Assembly: GCF_009914755.1 (NCBI RefSeq)
Contig: NC_060925.1
Origin: the human T2T-CHM13v2.0 reference genome, Homo sapiens
Reading direction: 5' to 3' (one strand)
Length of the DNA stretch: 64,000 nucleotides
The position numbers and the translations under genes are program-made. Below, piece after piece: positions 25,613 through 38,944 of the stretch. The notes under the pieces are model-generated. The model was not told the origin of the DNA, did not search any database, and saw only the letters and a list, made by a program, of their open reading frames with translations. Positions within the stretch are counted from its first letter, which is position 1. The number at the start of each line of letters is the position of its first letter.

Positions 25613-26146
25613 ACCCAGACACATAGACCCATGGAACAGAATAGAAAGCCTAGACATAAGGCTGCACACCTACAACCGTCTGATCTTTGACAAAGCCAAC
25701 AAAAACAAACAATAGGAAAAGAACTCCCTATTCAATAAATGATACTGGGATAACTGTCTAGCTACATGCAGAAGATTGAAACTGGATCCCTTCCTTACAG
25801 CATATACAAAAATCAACTCAAGACAGATTAAAGACCTAAATGTAAAACCTAAAACTATAAAAACCCTGGAAGACAGCCTAGGAAATACCATTCTAGACAT
25901 AGGAGTGGGCAAAAATTTCATGACCAAGATGCCAAAAGCAGTTGCAACAAAACCAAAAATTGACAAATGGGCTCTAATTAAACTAAAGAGCTTCTGCACA
26001 GCAAAAGAAACTATCAACAGAGTAAACAGACAACAGAATGGGAGAAACCATTTGCAAACTATGCATCTGACAAAGATCTAATATCCAGCATCTATAAGGA
26101 ACTTAAATTTCCAAGAAAAAAAAATCCCATTAAAAAGTGGGCAAAA

Positions 26147-29100
26147 AAGGAGAGGCGGGGCCAAGATGGCCGAATAGGAACAGCTCTGGTCTGCAGCTCC
26201 CAGTGAGACCAACGCAGAAGGCAGGTGATTTCTGCATTTCCAACTGAGGTACCAAGTTCATCTCACTGAGACTCGTTAGGCAGTGGGTCCAATCCACAAT
26301 GGGTGAGCAGAAGCAGGGTGGGGCATCGCTTCACCCAGGAAGTGCAAGGAGCTGGGGGACATCCCTTCTCCAGCCAAGGGAAGCATGGAGGGACTGTGCT
26401 ACCCAGCTGTGTTACTATGATTTTCTCATGGATTTTACATTCTGCAGATCAGGAGATTCCCTCATGTGCCTACACTACTAGGACCCTGGGTTTCAAGCAC
26501 AAAACTAGGTGGCTGTTTGGGCAGACACCAAGCTAGCTGCAGGAGTTTTTTCCATAACCCAGTGGTGCCTGGAACCCCAGTGAGACAGAACCATTCAATC
26601 CCCTGGAAAAGGGGCTGAAGCAAGGGAGCCAAGTGGTCTCGCTCAGCAGGTCCCACTCCCACGGAGCCCAGCAAGCTAAGAACCACTGGCTTGAAATTCT
26701 CACTGCCAGCACAGCAGTCTGAAGTCGACCAGGGACAATAAAGCTTGATGGGGGGAGGGGCGTCCACCATTACTGAGGCTTTAGTAGGCAGTTTGACAGT
26801 GCTAAGGAGGCTGGAAGGTCTGGACTGGGTGGAATTCATCACAGCACGGCAAAGTGGCTGTAGCCAGACTGCTTCTCTAGATTCCTCCTCACTGGGCAGG
26901 GCATATCTGAAGTAACGGTAATAGCACCAGTCAGGGGTTTACAGAGAAAACCCCCACCTTCCTGGGACAGAGCACCTGGGGGGTGATTTAATCTTTCCTG
27001 TTCTGCCAGCTCTGAAGAGAGCAGCTGATCCTGACAAAAGGGATTCTCCCAGCACAGGGTACCAGCTCTGCTAAGGGACAGATTGCCTCCTCAAGTGTGT
27101 CCCTGATCCCCGTGCCTCCTGACTGGGAGAGACCTCCCAGCAGGGGTTGACAGACACCTCATACAGGAGAGCTCTGGCTGGCATCAGGCCAGTGCTCCTC
27201 TGGGTTGAAGCTTCCAGAGGAAGGAGTGGGCAGCAATATTTGCTGTTCTGCAGCTTGCACTGGTGATAGCCAGGTGAAGAGGGTCTGGAGTGGACCTCCA
27301 GCAAACTGCAGCAGACCTGCAGAAAAGGGGCCTGACTGTTAGAAGAAAAACTAACAGAAAGCAACAACATCAACATCAACATAAAGGACCCCCACAAAAA
27401 AACCCCATTCAAAAATCATCAGCCTCAAAGATCAAAGGTAGATAAACCCATGAAGATGAGGAAAAACCACTGCAAAAACGCAGAAAATTCCGAAAACAAG
27501 AATGCATATTGTCTTCCAAATGATCACAACTCCTCTCCAGCATGGGCATAAAACTGGACAGAGAATGAGATTGATGAATTGACAGAAGTAGGCTTCAGAA
27601 GGTGGGTAATAACAAACTTCTCTGAGCTAAAGGATTGTGTTCTAACCCAATGCAAGGAAGCTAGGAACCTTGGTAAAAGGTTACAGGAACTGCTAACTAG
27701 AATAACTGGTTTAGAGAGGAACAAAAATGACCTGATGGAGCTAAAGAACACAGCATGAAAACTTTGTGAAGCTTACCCAAGTATCAGTAGCAGAATTGAT
27801 CAAGCAGAAGAAAGGATATCAGAGATTGAAGATCAACTTACTGAAATAAGGCATGAAGACAAGATTAGAGAAAAAAGAATGAAAAGGAATGAACAAAGCC
27901 TCCAAGAAACATGGGACTATGTAAAAAGACTGAAACTACGTTTGTTGGTGTACCTGAAAGTGACAGAGAGAATGGAACCAAGTTGGAAAACACACTTCAG
28001 GATATTATGCAGGAGTACTTTCCCAACCTAGCAAGACAGGCCAACATTCAAATTCAGGAAATACAGAGAACACCCTAAGATACTCCTTGAGAAGAGCAAT
28101 GCCAAGACATCTAATCATCAGATTCTCCAAGGCTGAAATGAAGGAAAAAATGTTAAAGGCAGCCAGAGAGAAAGGTCAGGTTACCCATAAAGGGAAGCAT
28201 ATCAGAATGACAGCAGATCTCTGCAGAAATGAGCCAGAAGAGAGTGGGGGCCAATATTCAACATTCTTAAAGAAAAGAATTTTCAACCCAGAATTTTATA
28301 TCCTGCCAAACTAAGCTTCATAAGTGAAGGAGAAATAAAATCCTTTATAGACAACCAAATGCTGAGGGATTTTGTCACCACCAGGCCTGCCTTGCAAGAG
28401 ATCCTGAAGGAAGCAATAAATATGAAAAGGAAAAACTGGTACCAGCCACTGCAAAAACACACAAAAATATAAAAACCAGTGACACTATGAAAAAACTGCA
28501 TCAACTAATGTGCAAAATAACCAGCTAGTATCATGATGAAAGGATCAAATTCACACATAACAATATTAACCTTAAATATAAATAGGCTAAATTACCCCAA
28601 TTAAAAGACACAGACTGGAAAGTTGGATAGAGTCAAGACCCATTGGTGTTCTGTATTCAGGAGACCAATCTCACGTGCAAAGACACACATAGGCTCAAAA
28701 TAAAGGGATGGAGGAATATTTACCAAGTAAATGGAAAGCAAAAAAAAAAATCATGGATTGCAATCTTAGTCTCTGATAAAACAGACTTTAAACCAACAAA
28801 GTTCAAAAAAGACAAAGAAGGGCATTACGTAATGGTAAAGGGATGAATTTAACAAGAAGAGCTAACTATCCTAAATATATATCCTCCCAAATACAGGAGC
28901 ACCTAAATTCATAAAGCAAGTTCTTAGAGACCTACAAAGAGACTTAGACTTCCAAACCATAATAATGGGGGCTCTAACACTCCCCTATCAATATTGGACA
29001 GCTCAACAAGACAGAAAATTAACAAGGCTATTCAGGAATTGAATTCAGCTGTGGACCAAGTGGACCTAATAGACATCTACAGAACTCTCCACCTCAAATC

Positions 29101-32100
29101 AACAGAATATACATTCTTTTCAGCACCACATTGCACTTATTCTAAAATTGACCATATAATTGGAAGTAAAACACTCCTCAGCAAATGCAAAAGAACGGAA
29201 ATCATAACAAACAGTCTCTCAGACCACACTGCAATCAAATTAGAACTCAAGATTAAGAAACTTACTCAAAACCACACAACTACATGGAAACTGAACAACC
29301 TGGTCCTGAATGACTACTGGGTAAATAATGAAATTAAGACAGAAACAAAGGAGTTCTTTGAAACCGATGATAACAAGGAGGCAACATAACAGAACATCTG
29401 GGACACAGCTACAGCAGTGTTAAGAGGTAAACTTAATAGCACTAAATGCCCACATCAGAAAGCTGGAAAGCTCTAAAATCGACACCCTAACATCACAATT
29501 AAAAGAACTAGAGAAACAAGAGCAAACAAATTCAAAAGCTACCAGAAGACAAGAAATAACTAAGATCAGAAAAGAAAGGAAGGAGATAGAGACATGAAAA
29601 CCCTTTCAAAAAATCAACTAATCCAGGAGCTGGTTTTTTTAAAAGATTAACAAAATAGACTGCTAGGTAGACTAATAAGAAAAGAGAGAAGAATCAAATA
29701 GACACAATAAAAAATGATAAAGGGGATATCAGCACTGATTCTACAGTAACACAAACTACCATCAGAGAATACTATAAACACTGCCAAACAAATACACTAG
29801 AAAATCTAGGGGAAATGGATAAATTCCTGTACACACACACCCTCCCATGACTAAACCAGGAAGAAATCGAATGCCTGAATAGACCAATAACAAGCATTGA
29901 AATTGAGGCAGTAATTAATAGCCTACCAACCAAAAAAAGCCCAGGACCAGATGGATTCACAGCCAAATTCTACCAGAGGTACAAAGAGGAGCTGATACCA
30001 TTCCTTCTGAAACTATTCCAAACAATAGAAAAAGAGGACTCTTCCCTAACTCATTTTATGAGGCCAGCATCATCTTGATACTAAAACATGGCAGAGACAC
30101 AACAAGAAAAGAAAATTTCAGGCCAATATCCCTGATGAACACTGATGCAAAAATCTGCAATAAAATACTGGCAAACTGAACCCAGCAGCACATCAAAAAC
30201 TTATCCACCATGATCAAGTCAGCTTCATCCCTGGGATACAAGACAGGTTCAACATACACAAATCAATAAACAGAATCCATCACATAAACAGAACCAATGA
30301 CAAAAACCACATAATTATCTCAATAGATGCAGAAAAGGTCTTGGATAAAATTCAACATCCCTTCATGCTAAAAATTCTCTATTAACTAGGTACTGATGGA
30401 ACATATCTCAAAATAATATGAGCTATTTATGACAAACCATAGCCAATATCATATTGAATGGGCATAAGCTGGAAGCATTCCCCCTTGAAAACTGGCACAA
30501 GACAAAGATGCCATCTCTCACCACTCCTATTCAACATAGTATTGGAAGTTCTGGCCGGGGCAATCAGGCAAGAGAAAGAAATAAAGCGTATTCAAATAGG
30601 AAGAGAGGAAGTCAAATTGTCTCTGTTTGCAGATGACATGATTGTATATTTAGAAAACCTCATTGTATCAGCCCAAAAACTCCTTAAGCTGATAAGCAGC
30701 TTCAGCAAAGTCTCAGGATACAAAACCAATGTGCAAAAAGCACAAGCATTCCTATACACCAATAATAGACAAACAGAGCCAAATCATGAGTGAACTCCCA
30801 TTCACAATTGCTATAAAGAGAATGAAATACCTAGGAATACAACTTACAAGGGATGTGAAAGACCTCTTCAAGGAGCACTACAAACCACTGCTCAAGGAAA
30901 TAAGAAAGGACACAAACAAATGGAAAAATATTCCATGCTCATGGATAGGAAGAATCAATATTGTGAAAATGGCCATACTGCCCAAAGTAATTTATAGACT
31001 CAATGCTATTCCCATCAAGCTACCATTGACTTTCTTCAGAGAATTTGAAAAAAATGTTTTAAATTTCATATGCAACCAAAAAAGAGCCTATATAGTCAAG
31101 ACAATCCTAAGCAAAAAGAACAAAGATGGAGGCAAAATACTACCTGACTTCAAACTATACTACAAGATTACAGTAACCAAAACAGCATGGTACTGATACT
31201 AAAACAAATATATAGACCAATGGAACAGAACAGAGACCTCAGAAATAACACCACACACACATCTACAACCATCTGATCTTTGACAAACCTGACAAAAACA
31301 AGCAATAGGGAAAGGATGCCCTATTTAACAAATGGTGCTGAGAAAACTGGCTAGCCATATGCAGAAAACAGAAACTGGATCCCTTCCTTGTGCCTTATAC
31401 AAAAATTAACTCAAGATGGATTAAAGTCTTAAATGTAAAACCCCAAACCATGAAAACTCTAGAAGAACACCTAGGCAATACCATTCAGGATATAGGCACG
31501 GTCAAAGACTTCACGACTAAAACACCAAAAGCAATGGCAACGAAATCCAAAATTGACAAATGGGACCTAATCAAACTAAAGAACTCCTACATAGCAAAAG
31601 AAACTAAAATCAGAGTGAACAGGCAACCTACAAAATGGGAGAAAATTTCTGCAATCTACCCATCTGACAAAGGTCTAATTGCCACAATCTACAAGGAACT
31701 TCACCAAATTTAAAAGAAAAAATAACCCCATCAAAAAGTGGGCCAAGGACAGAACTTCTCAAAAGAAGACATTTATGTGGCCAACAAACATGAAAAAAAA
31801 AATCTCACCATCACTGGTCATTAGAGAAATGCAAATCAAAATTGCAATGAGGTACCATCTCACACCAGTTAGAATGGCGATTATTTAAAAGTCAGGAAAC
31901 AGTTGCTGGAGAGGAAGCGGTGAAATAGGAAAGCTTTTACACTGTTGGTGGGAGTGTAAATTATTTCAACCATTGTGGAAGACAGTGTGGTGATTCCTCA
32001 AGGATCTAGAACCAGAAATACCATTAGACCCAGCAATCCCATTACTGGGTATATACCCAAAGGATTATAAGTCATTCTACTGTAAAGACACATGTACACA

Positions 32101-32569
32101 TATGTTTATTGCAGCACTATTTACAATAGCAAAGACTTGGAACCAATCCAAATGCCCATCAATGATAGACTGGATAAAGAAAATGTGACACATATACACC
32201 ATGGAATACTATGCAGCCATAAAAAAGAATAAGTTCATGTCCTTTGCAGGGACATGGATGAAGCTGGAAGCCATCATTCTCAACAAACTAACACAGGATC
32301 AAAGAACCAAACACTGCATGTTCTCACTCGTAAGTGGGATTTGAACAATGAGAACACATGGACACAGAGAGGGAACTTGGCACACTGGGGCCTGTTGGGG
32401 GGTGGGGGACAAGGGGAGGGAGAGCATTAAGACAGATACCTAATGCATGTGGGGCTTAAAATGAAGATGACGGGTTGATGGGTGCAGCAAACCACCATGG
32501 CACATGTATACCTATGCAACACACCTGCACATTGTTCCCACATATCCCAGAACTTAAAGTAAAATTTTT
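26147..32569 (+). mobile_element. Full-length, inactive L1PA7/8
   Basis: 5'UTR GGCCAAGATGGCCGAATAGGAACAGCTC (YY1 site); ORF1, EN, RT (LFADDMIVY at ~30625) and 3'UTR all present but disrupted; TSD TAAAAAGTGGGCAAAA at 26131-26146 and 32569-32584. Confidence 0.96.
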
Positions 32570-32735
32570 AAAAAGTGGGCAAAAGACATGAAAAGACACT
32601 TTTTAAAAGAAGACTTATATGCAGCCAGCAGGCATATGAAAAAAAGCTCAATATTACTGATTATTAGAGAAATGCACATCAAAACCACAATGAGATACCA
32701 TCTCACACCAGTCAGAATGGCTATTAAAAAGTCAA

Positions 32736-33026
32736 GGCTGGGTGCGGTGGCTCACACCTGTAATCCAAGCACTTTGGGAGGCCAAGGCGGGTGGATCATG
32801 AGGTCAAGAGATCAAGACCATCCTGGCCAACATGGTGAAACGGTCTACTAAAAATACAAAAATTAGCTGGGCCTGGTGGCGCATGCCTGTAGTCCCAGCT
32901 ACTCAGGAGGGTGAGGCAGGAGAATCACTTGAACCTGGGATGCAGAGGTTGCCGTGAGCCAAGATCACGCCACTGCACTCCAACCGAGACAGACTCTGTC
33001 TAAAAAAAAACAAAAAAACAAAAAAC
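32736..33026 (+). mobile_element. AluSc
   Basis: GAGGTCAAGAGATCAAGACCATCCTGGCCAACATGG; TSD AAGTCAA. Confidence 0.92.
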
Positions 33027-33899
33027 AAGTCAAAAAATAACACATGCTGGTAAGCTTTTGGAGAAAAGGGCATATTTATACACTGTTGGTAGAAGTGTAA
33101 ATTAATTCAACCATTGTGGAAGGCACTGTCGCAATTTCTCAAAGAGCTAAAAACAGAACTACCATTCAATCCAGCAATCCCATTACTGGGCATATACCTA
33201 AAGGAATATAAATCATTCTGCTCTAAAGACACATGCATGTCTATGTTCATTGCGGCACTATTCACAATAGCAAAGACATGGAGTTAACCTGAAGGTCCAT
33301 CAATGGTGGACTGGACAAAGAAAATGTAGTGCATATACACCATGAAATACTACATAGCCATAAAAAATGAATGAGATCATGTCTTTTGCAGCAACATGGA
33401 TAGAGCTGGAGAGCATTCGTCTAACCAAACTTACACAGGAACAGAAAACCAAATACCACGTATTCACATTTGTAAGTGGGAGTTAAACATTGAGTGTATA
33501 TGGTCACAAAGAAGGGAACAACAGACACCAGAATCTACTTGAGGATGGAGGGTGAGAGGAGGGTGAGGATTGAAAAAGTACCTATCAAGTATTATGCTTC
33601 TTTCCTGCATGACAGAATAATCTGTACATCACACCCTCGTGACATGAGTTTACCTATATAACAAACCTGCACAGGTACCCCTGAACCTAAAATATAAGTT
33701 TAAAAAAAATAAAGAACACAGATTCTTTTTGAAAGTGTTGCCCAAGAATCACTATCAATAATAATAATCCAGGTGATTCTGATGCTCAGGCAAGTTTGAG
33801 AATCCTCCATCTAGGAGACTTGCTATACTAAGGAAGAATATCTCCTGAGATTCACAGGAATAATTCTCTTGCCTTCAGGTGAGATTATAATCCATTTTT

Positions 33900-34250
33900 T
33901 TCTGGGTTGGTTTAGATATTAAGGACACAGAATCTACTACGTCTTTTAAATATAGAAAATTCTTCCTTATAGCTATTTTGAATCCTGTATGTCACAGTTT
34001 AAGATTTTTCTTCTGTTTCATCCTGAAGGAAGGTGAAAAACAGTTTGGATGTTTCACATCAAAATATAAAGTCTATATGCTCTTAAATCTCCTTTGATTA
34101 TTTTTCTAGGTTAGAAAGTCCCATCCTCTTTCATCTTTCCTCATGTCTCATTTTGCAACTTTTTACATCATCCTTATAGGTCCAAACCCTCTTTCATGTA
34201 CTTACAAAATTGAACCCATTTTTCAAAGCCTAAAAAAAGTCTGAACAATA
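33900..34250. mobile_element. CR1/L3 relic
   Basis: TAGAAAATTCTTCCTTAT, TCCCATCCTCTTTCATCTTTCCTCAT and CAAAATTGAAC motifs resemble L3. Confidence 0.45.
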
Positions 34251-34418
34251 CTTTAAAAAACTTTTCTAGTAAAATTTCAGGGTTAAGAGTCATGAATAGA
34301 AATTGTCATATGTCTTGATACTGAACAATTCCATTTCATTTATACAGGATCATCAAGAGGTAACTAATGCCCTTGGAACCAGATCCCTGCTCTGTGAAAT
34401 ACTTGTGATAGAACACAG

Positions 34419-34613
34419 CAGTAGTTCTCAAACTTTAGCATGCATCAGAATTGCCTGGGAGGACTTATTATATATGGATTGCTGGGACTGACCAACCTTC
34501 AGAGTTCCTAATTCAGCATACCTGGCTGGAGCCTAGACATTTTATATTTCTAATCTGTTTCGAGGTGATTCTGCTGCTGCTGGTGGTCCAGAGACCACAC
34601 GTGAGAACCACTG
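34419..34613. mobile_element. MER5A
   Basis: TIRs CAGTAGTTCTCA / TGAGAACCACTG; GCATCAGAATTGCCTGG. Confidence 0.9.
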
Positions 34614-35029
34614 GACTAGGGAGATCTTGTACATCATAGACACATTGGTTTCTCTGGACACAGAATGGATCTCAGAAGTCAAGTGTAATTTTGCAGATTT
34701 GGACACTATGGTTTAAGGAAGCCAAGTGACATTGCTTGAGGCCATGAAGCAGAACTAAAAGCTCTCTGCTCCCATCTCAGAGCTTGCTGATTCTACATTA
34801 CTCTGTTCAGCCAGTCTCTGTGCTCATGACTCCCATGGTCCCAACAACGTTTGAGGTCTATGAATGTTTCCAAAAGTTAAAGATAGGTCTTTAACTTCTC
34901 AAAAAATGATTTTAACCATTCTGCATAAAAATCTTTCTAAAATGTATTATATTCTTCTGGACCTCACATAGAGTATGTAGGACATACTTGAACCCATTTT
35001 TTTTCAATGAGTGCTCACTTCTATGGTGG

Positions 35030-35800
35030 GAAGAGTAGGTTTGGTAGGGAAAGGGCAGATACCAAGAGTTCATTCTAGACATATTAAGTTTGAGATGTAT
35101 ATTAGGTGTCCAAGCTAAAATACAAGCAGGGGCTAGAGAATATTGATCTGGAGCTCAGAGGAAAAGTCTAGACTAGAGATATTAATTTATAAGTCATTAG
35201 GATGTAAATATAATTTAAAGACCTTTGTTGTACTACATTATCTAAAGTCTGAGAAGAGGTAGAGAGGAGAAGAAATACAAGGACCAAGCCCTTAGGGCAC
35301 TCCAATATTTAAAGATTGGAAAAATGAGGAAAAATCCACAAAGACCAAGAAGGTAAAGCCAGAGAAACCAATATAACCAAACCAATATGAGAGCAGGTTG
35401 GATTTATAGTACAGCGGCAGATAGTGTATAAATATATAATTGCCAGACTTTGGGGCTTCAATTCAGATTACATCTGTTTTCTCAGTGAAATAGGAAGCAA
35501 GTCAATGAACAAGAATATAAATATGAAATGAGACCAGTCAATATGGCTATGTGTTTTTCTCCAGCCATATTCAGTTGTATGGGGGGCAGGCAGGGACGAG
35601 ACAGTTATGTTCAACTTTCTAAGTTAAATCTAGGAAAATATAGGAAAGTAGTTGATAGACAAGGGCATTGAGGATGTTTGCCAGGGAATTATTAAAATTT
35701 AATGATGTAACTAAAGCTGGTTTAAGAGGGAAGTAAAGACAGAAAAGGTTAGGGGGAATGAAAAAGCGGTAGAATCAATGAGTATCAGATTACTATGTTT
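35030..35800 (-). mobile_element. L2 fragments
   Basis: GAGTTCATTCTAGACATATTAAGTTTGAGATG, TCTGGAGCTCAGAGGAAAAGTCTAGACTAGAGAT. Confidence 0.65.
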
Positions 35801-36289
35801 TAAGCCAGAAATGTCACTAGAGAATACCGAGTTAATAGAGTTGTTTCTAATTTTTTGGCAGTAGGTGAGGTATTACCTATAAAAACTCTGAAAATGCTAT
35901 CCTTGCTTCTATTGGTTTTCAGCAGCATTTTTTCTCACTCACTGTTAAGCTTTCAGGTTTCTCTATTCTGCCACTGCTCTCCCTTTGTCTGCCCCTCTTC
36001 TCTCCACCTACCTCCTTCCCCAACCCTCAACACATACCTAGTCTTACTTTCTGCTTCCAGTGGGCCATTGAATGAGAAAATGAATTATTAGAATTGTGTG
36101 TAAGAGTAAATAGGATTCTGAGAAGTCGGAATCAGATTCACAAAGTGTTTGACAAACATTCAAATTTCTCATCAGAAGTCACTCGGAGCTGAGATGCTTC
36201 CTATCTTTTATGCAGCAATATTCCGAATAGTTACTTTACTAAATGAGTCATTTCTCTGAAATCAAATCTGTAGTTGGATCCAGGTTTTC

Positions 36290-36512
36290 TATTTGCTGAA
36301 TGAAAAACCTTGGGTAAGCCACCTAACTACCCTCTGAGCCTCAGTTTTCTCATTTGCAAAATGAAGTTTCCTAAAACTACTTCTTCCTCTAGACCATAAG
36401 CCTACTAAAGGTTAGGGCCATGTTTTATATATTTTTGCATATCTATTGCCTAATGTAGTATTTGGATTATAAAAGATGTTCAATACTGTAAAAAAGTCAG
36501 TAAATGAATGAG
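36290..36512 (+). mobile_element. MIR core plus L2 tail
   Basis: CCTTGGGTAAGCCAC..CTCTGAGCCTCAGTTTTCTCATTTGCAAAATG; TAAATGAATGA. Confidence 0.65.
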
Positions 36513-36763
36513 AATCTCAGAAAAAATGTAAGCATTTTAATAAGTAGCAAAACTACATGCAAATGAAGTAAACAGTAAACAATGTCAAGCAACAAATGGT
36601 ACTCCGAGCTCTATTTTTAGAGAGGGAATACAATTGATTCTGTGAGGCATTTACTATAAGGTAAAAGAATGAGGTCATGTGGGAAAAGGCTAGAGTGCTA
36701 CCTGAAGGTACATATTGAGCCAGCACACTCCTGAGTATATTTCCCATTTCTCCAAATACCGTG

Positions 36764-37264
36764 TGTGGTAAGCTGAACCATGGCCCCCCAAGATGCCTTC
36801 ATCCTAATCTCTGGTGCCTGTGAATATTATCTTATATGGCAAAAGAGACTTTGCAGGTGTGATTAAATTAAATATCTTGAGATAAAGATGTTATGCTGGA
36901 TTATCCAAGTGGGCCCAGTGTAATCATAGGGATTCTTTTAAGAGGGAGGCAGGAGATGAGGGAGACCGAAGGTGATATGATAACAGATGAAGAAAGATAG
37001 GGAGAAAGGGATTTGAAGATACTATGCAGCTGGCTTTGAAGACACAGGAACATGGCCATGAACCCAAGGATGTAAATGGCCTCTAGAAGGTGGAAGAGAC
37101 CAAGAAATGAATTCTCCCCTAGAGTCTCCAGAAAGAACCAATCCTGCTGGCACCTTGACTTTAACCCAATTAAAATTTATTTCAAACTTCTGGCTTCCAG
37201 AATGATCATAAATCTTCATTGTGTTTGTGGTAATTTGTTACAATGGCAATAGGAAACTAACGTG
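36764..37264 (+). mobile_element. MaLR solo LTR MLT1D
   Basis: TGTGGTAAGCTGAA..ATGGCAAAAGAGACTTTGCAGGTGTGATTAA..GGTAATTTGTTACAATGGCAATAGGAAACTAA. Confidence 0.9.
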
Positions 37265-38944
37265 CATGTTTTCACATAGAATTTAAAAGAGAAATCATGA
37301 AAATTTCATTAAAAATAAAGATAAATATATGTGACTCTCTTGCCAGCGTACTACAAATGCCAGTTGGTTTTAGCAAATGCAGTTATTTGACTGAGGATAA
37401 TTTTGAGAGAGAAGACACTTTGGAAGTGGAATAAAAATTATTCTTCATATTTTAGGGTAGAGGAAACATAATTAGGTAATGGATAAAACTCGCCAGGGCA
37501 CACTCAAATAGAAAGTTTCTTGCCTTTTTTCACTACCTCCTCATGGGATCAGGTGATTCTCTCCTACAGTGCACTTTGGGACAACAACCCTTTTCCTTTA
37601 TCCTTCACACATTCTCTTATTCTCTAACAGGCCATCTCAAAACTGTTTAGGTGGCAAGGACATTAATGACCATTTTGTTATACAAATTATACCTTTGTAA
37701 GTAGACAGCATTTCACAACTTAGCATACTAATCAGGTTCTCCCAGCCCCCTCTAATTCAGTTCCACTCTGCTGGACTATGCCATTTTTAATCCTACCCCT
37801 CTGTACTGAACACTAGACAAATCCTTGAGTTGGTGGAAGATGAATGAAAGAAAACATGATGAACCAACCGAAGCAGAAAAAGTGATCAAAGAGCACCCCA
37901 GGCCTAAAAAATCAAGGTCCTCTCTATAGACCCAATTTAAAGTACATGATTCAAAATTGTTGTTGCTCAAAATGACCGAGCTAGTCTCAAGAGCTTTGCT
38001 AATGACTTTGCCATCTTGGAAGGCAGAGAACTTAAAAGATAATTATTTTAGGGGTGAGGGACTAGCACAAGATTACAAGAATATCAAATGTAAATGAAAA
38101 GCTTTGGCCATAGCAAACACTGACAAACTGTCCACAGGAATAGCTTACCTAAAATCCAATTAAAACAGTAAGGCCCCTTATTTAATTGCCCTTAAATAGG
38201 AAGTCCAACCCCTAAAATGTATGCCTAAGGGCGACAGAACTCTTCACTGAAACTTCTCCTGTAAGGAACCGCAAATCACTCTACGGATCCCAGAGCAAGG
38301 ACATCATCTAGTGTATGAGCTTCCCTCTAGAACTCACTTATACTGGGAAATGGATTGGGATGGTGAAGTAGCTTTGAAAACCCCTGCTTACTGTGGTAAA
38401 CACTTAAGCTGGTTAGGATACAGTCAGGACTACTTACCCCTCACAAGGAGACAACCAGAGAGGTTTAAATAAGCTCTTTCAAATACATTAAGGACCCACA
38501 AGCCTCAATAGAAAGTAAAAAAGACAACATGCAGAATTTTTGCTATCTGTTCCTTGAAATGATAAAGTGAAAGTTACTCCTTTTATAATAATTTAGATGC
38601 AGGTCAACTCCATGGTATCAAGTCATGAACATTCTGTAATTCTGTAGAAACTACAAAAAATGAAGGAATATTGACCTGAACTTTTTTGGTGGGGAGCGGT
38701 GTTTCTTTAATTCTTCTTAGCACCTCTTTAAGAAATTTTCCTTCTCTATTCAATCTGTTTCATGGGTGAGGCTGGTGAATAAGAATCATTTGCTTCATTG
38801 CTCTAGTAAGCCTGTGTTTAAGGGATGATGTCTAATCTGGTGTATACGCTAGAGTAGTACAAATATTTGGAGTCATTATAAGTTGTTCAAACCCTCTCAG
38901 CATCTGCTATATTGCTTTTAAATATAATGTGTAACAACACTTGC

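Larger units (their letters stand above)
25060..33712 (+). mobile_element. 5'-truncated L1PA15/16-like host element (pieces 25060-26146 and 32570-33712) containing nested insertions
   Basis: ORF2 is collinear across the insert (AAAAAGTGGGCAAAA|GACATGAA); 3'UTR GAGGGTGAGGATTGAAAAA..GTACCCCTGAACCTAAAAT. Confidence 0.9.

Noticed and set aside
27450-32300. L1 ORF1/ORF2 ORFs as a functional retrotransposon (also 52300-57200)
   Set aside because: Fragmented by many stops and frameshifts; not retrotransposition competent.
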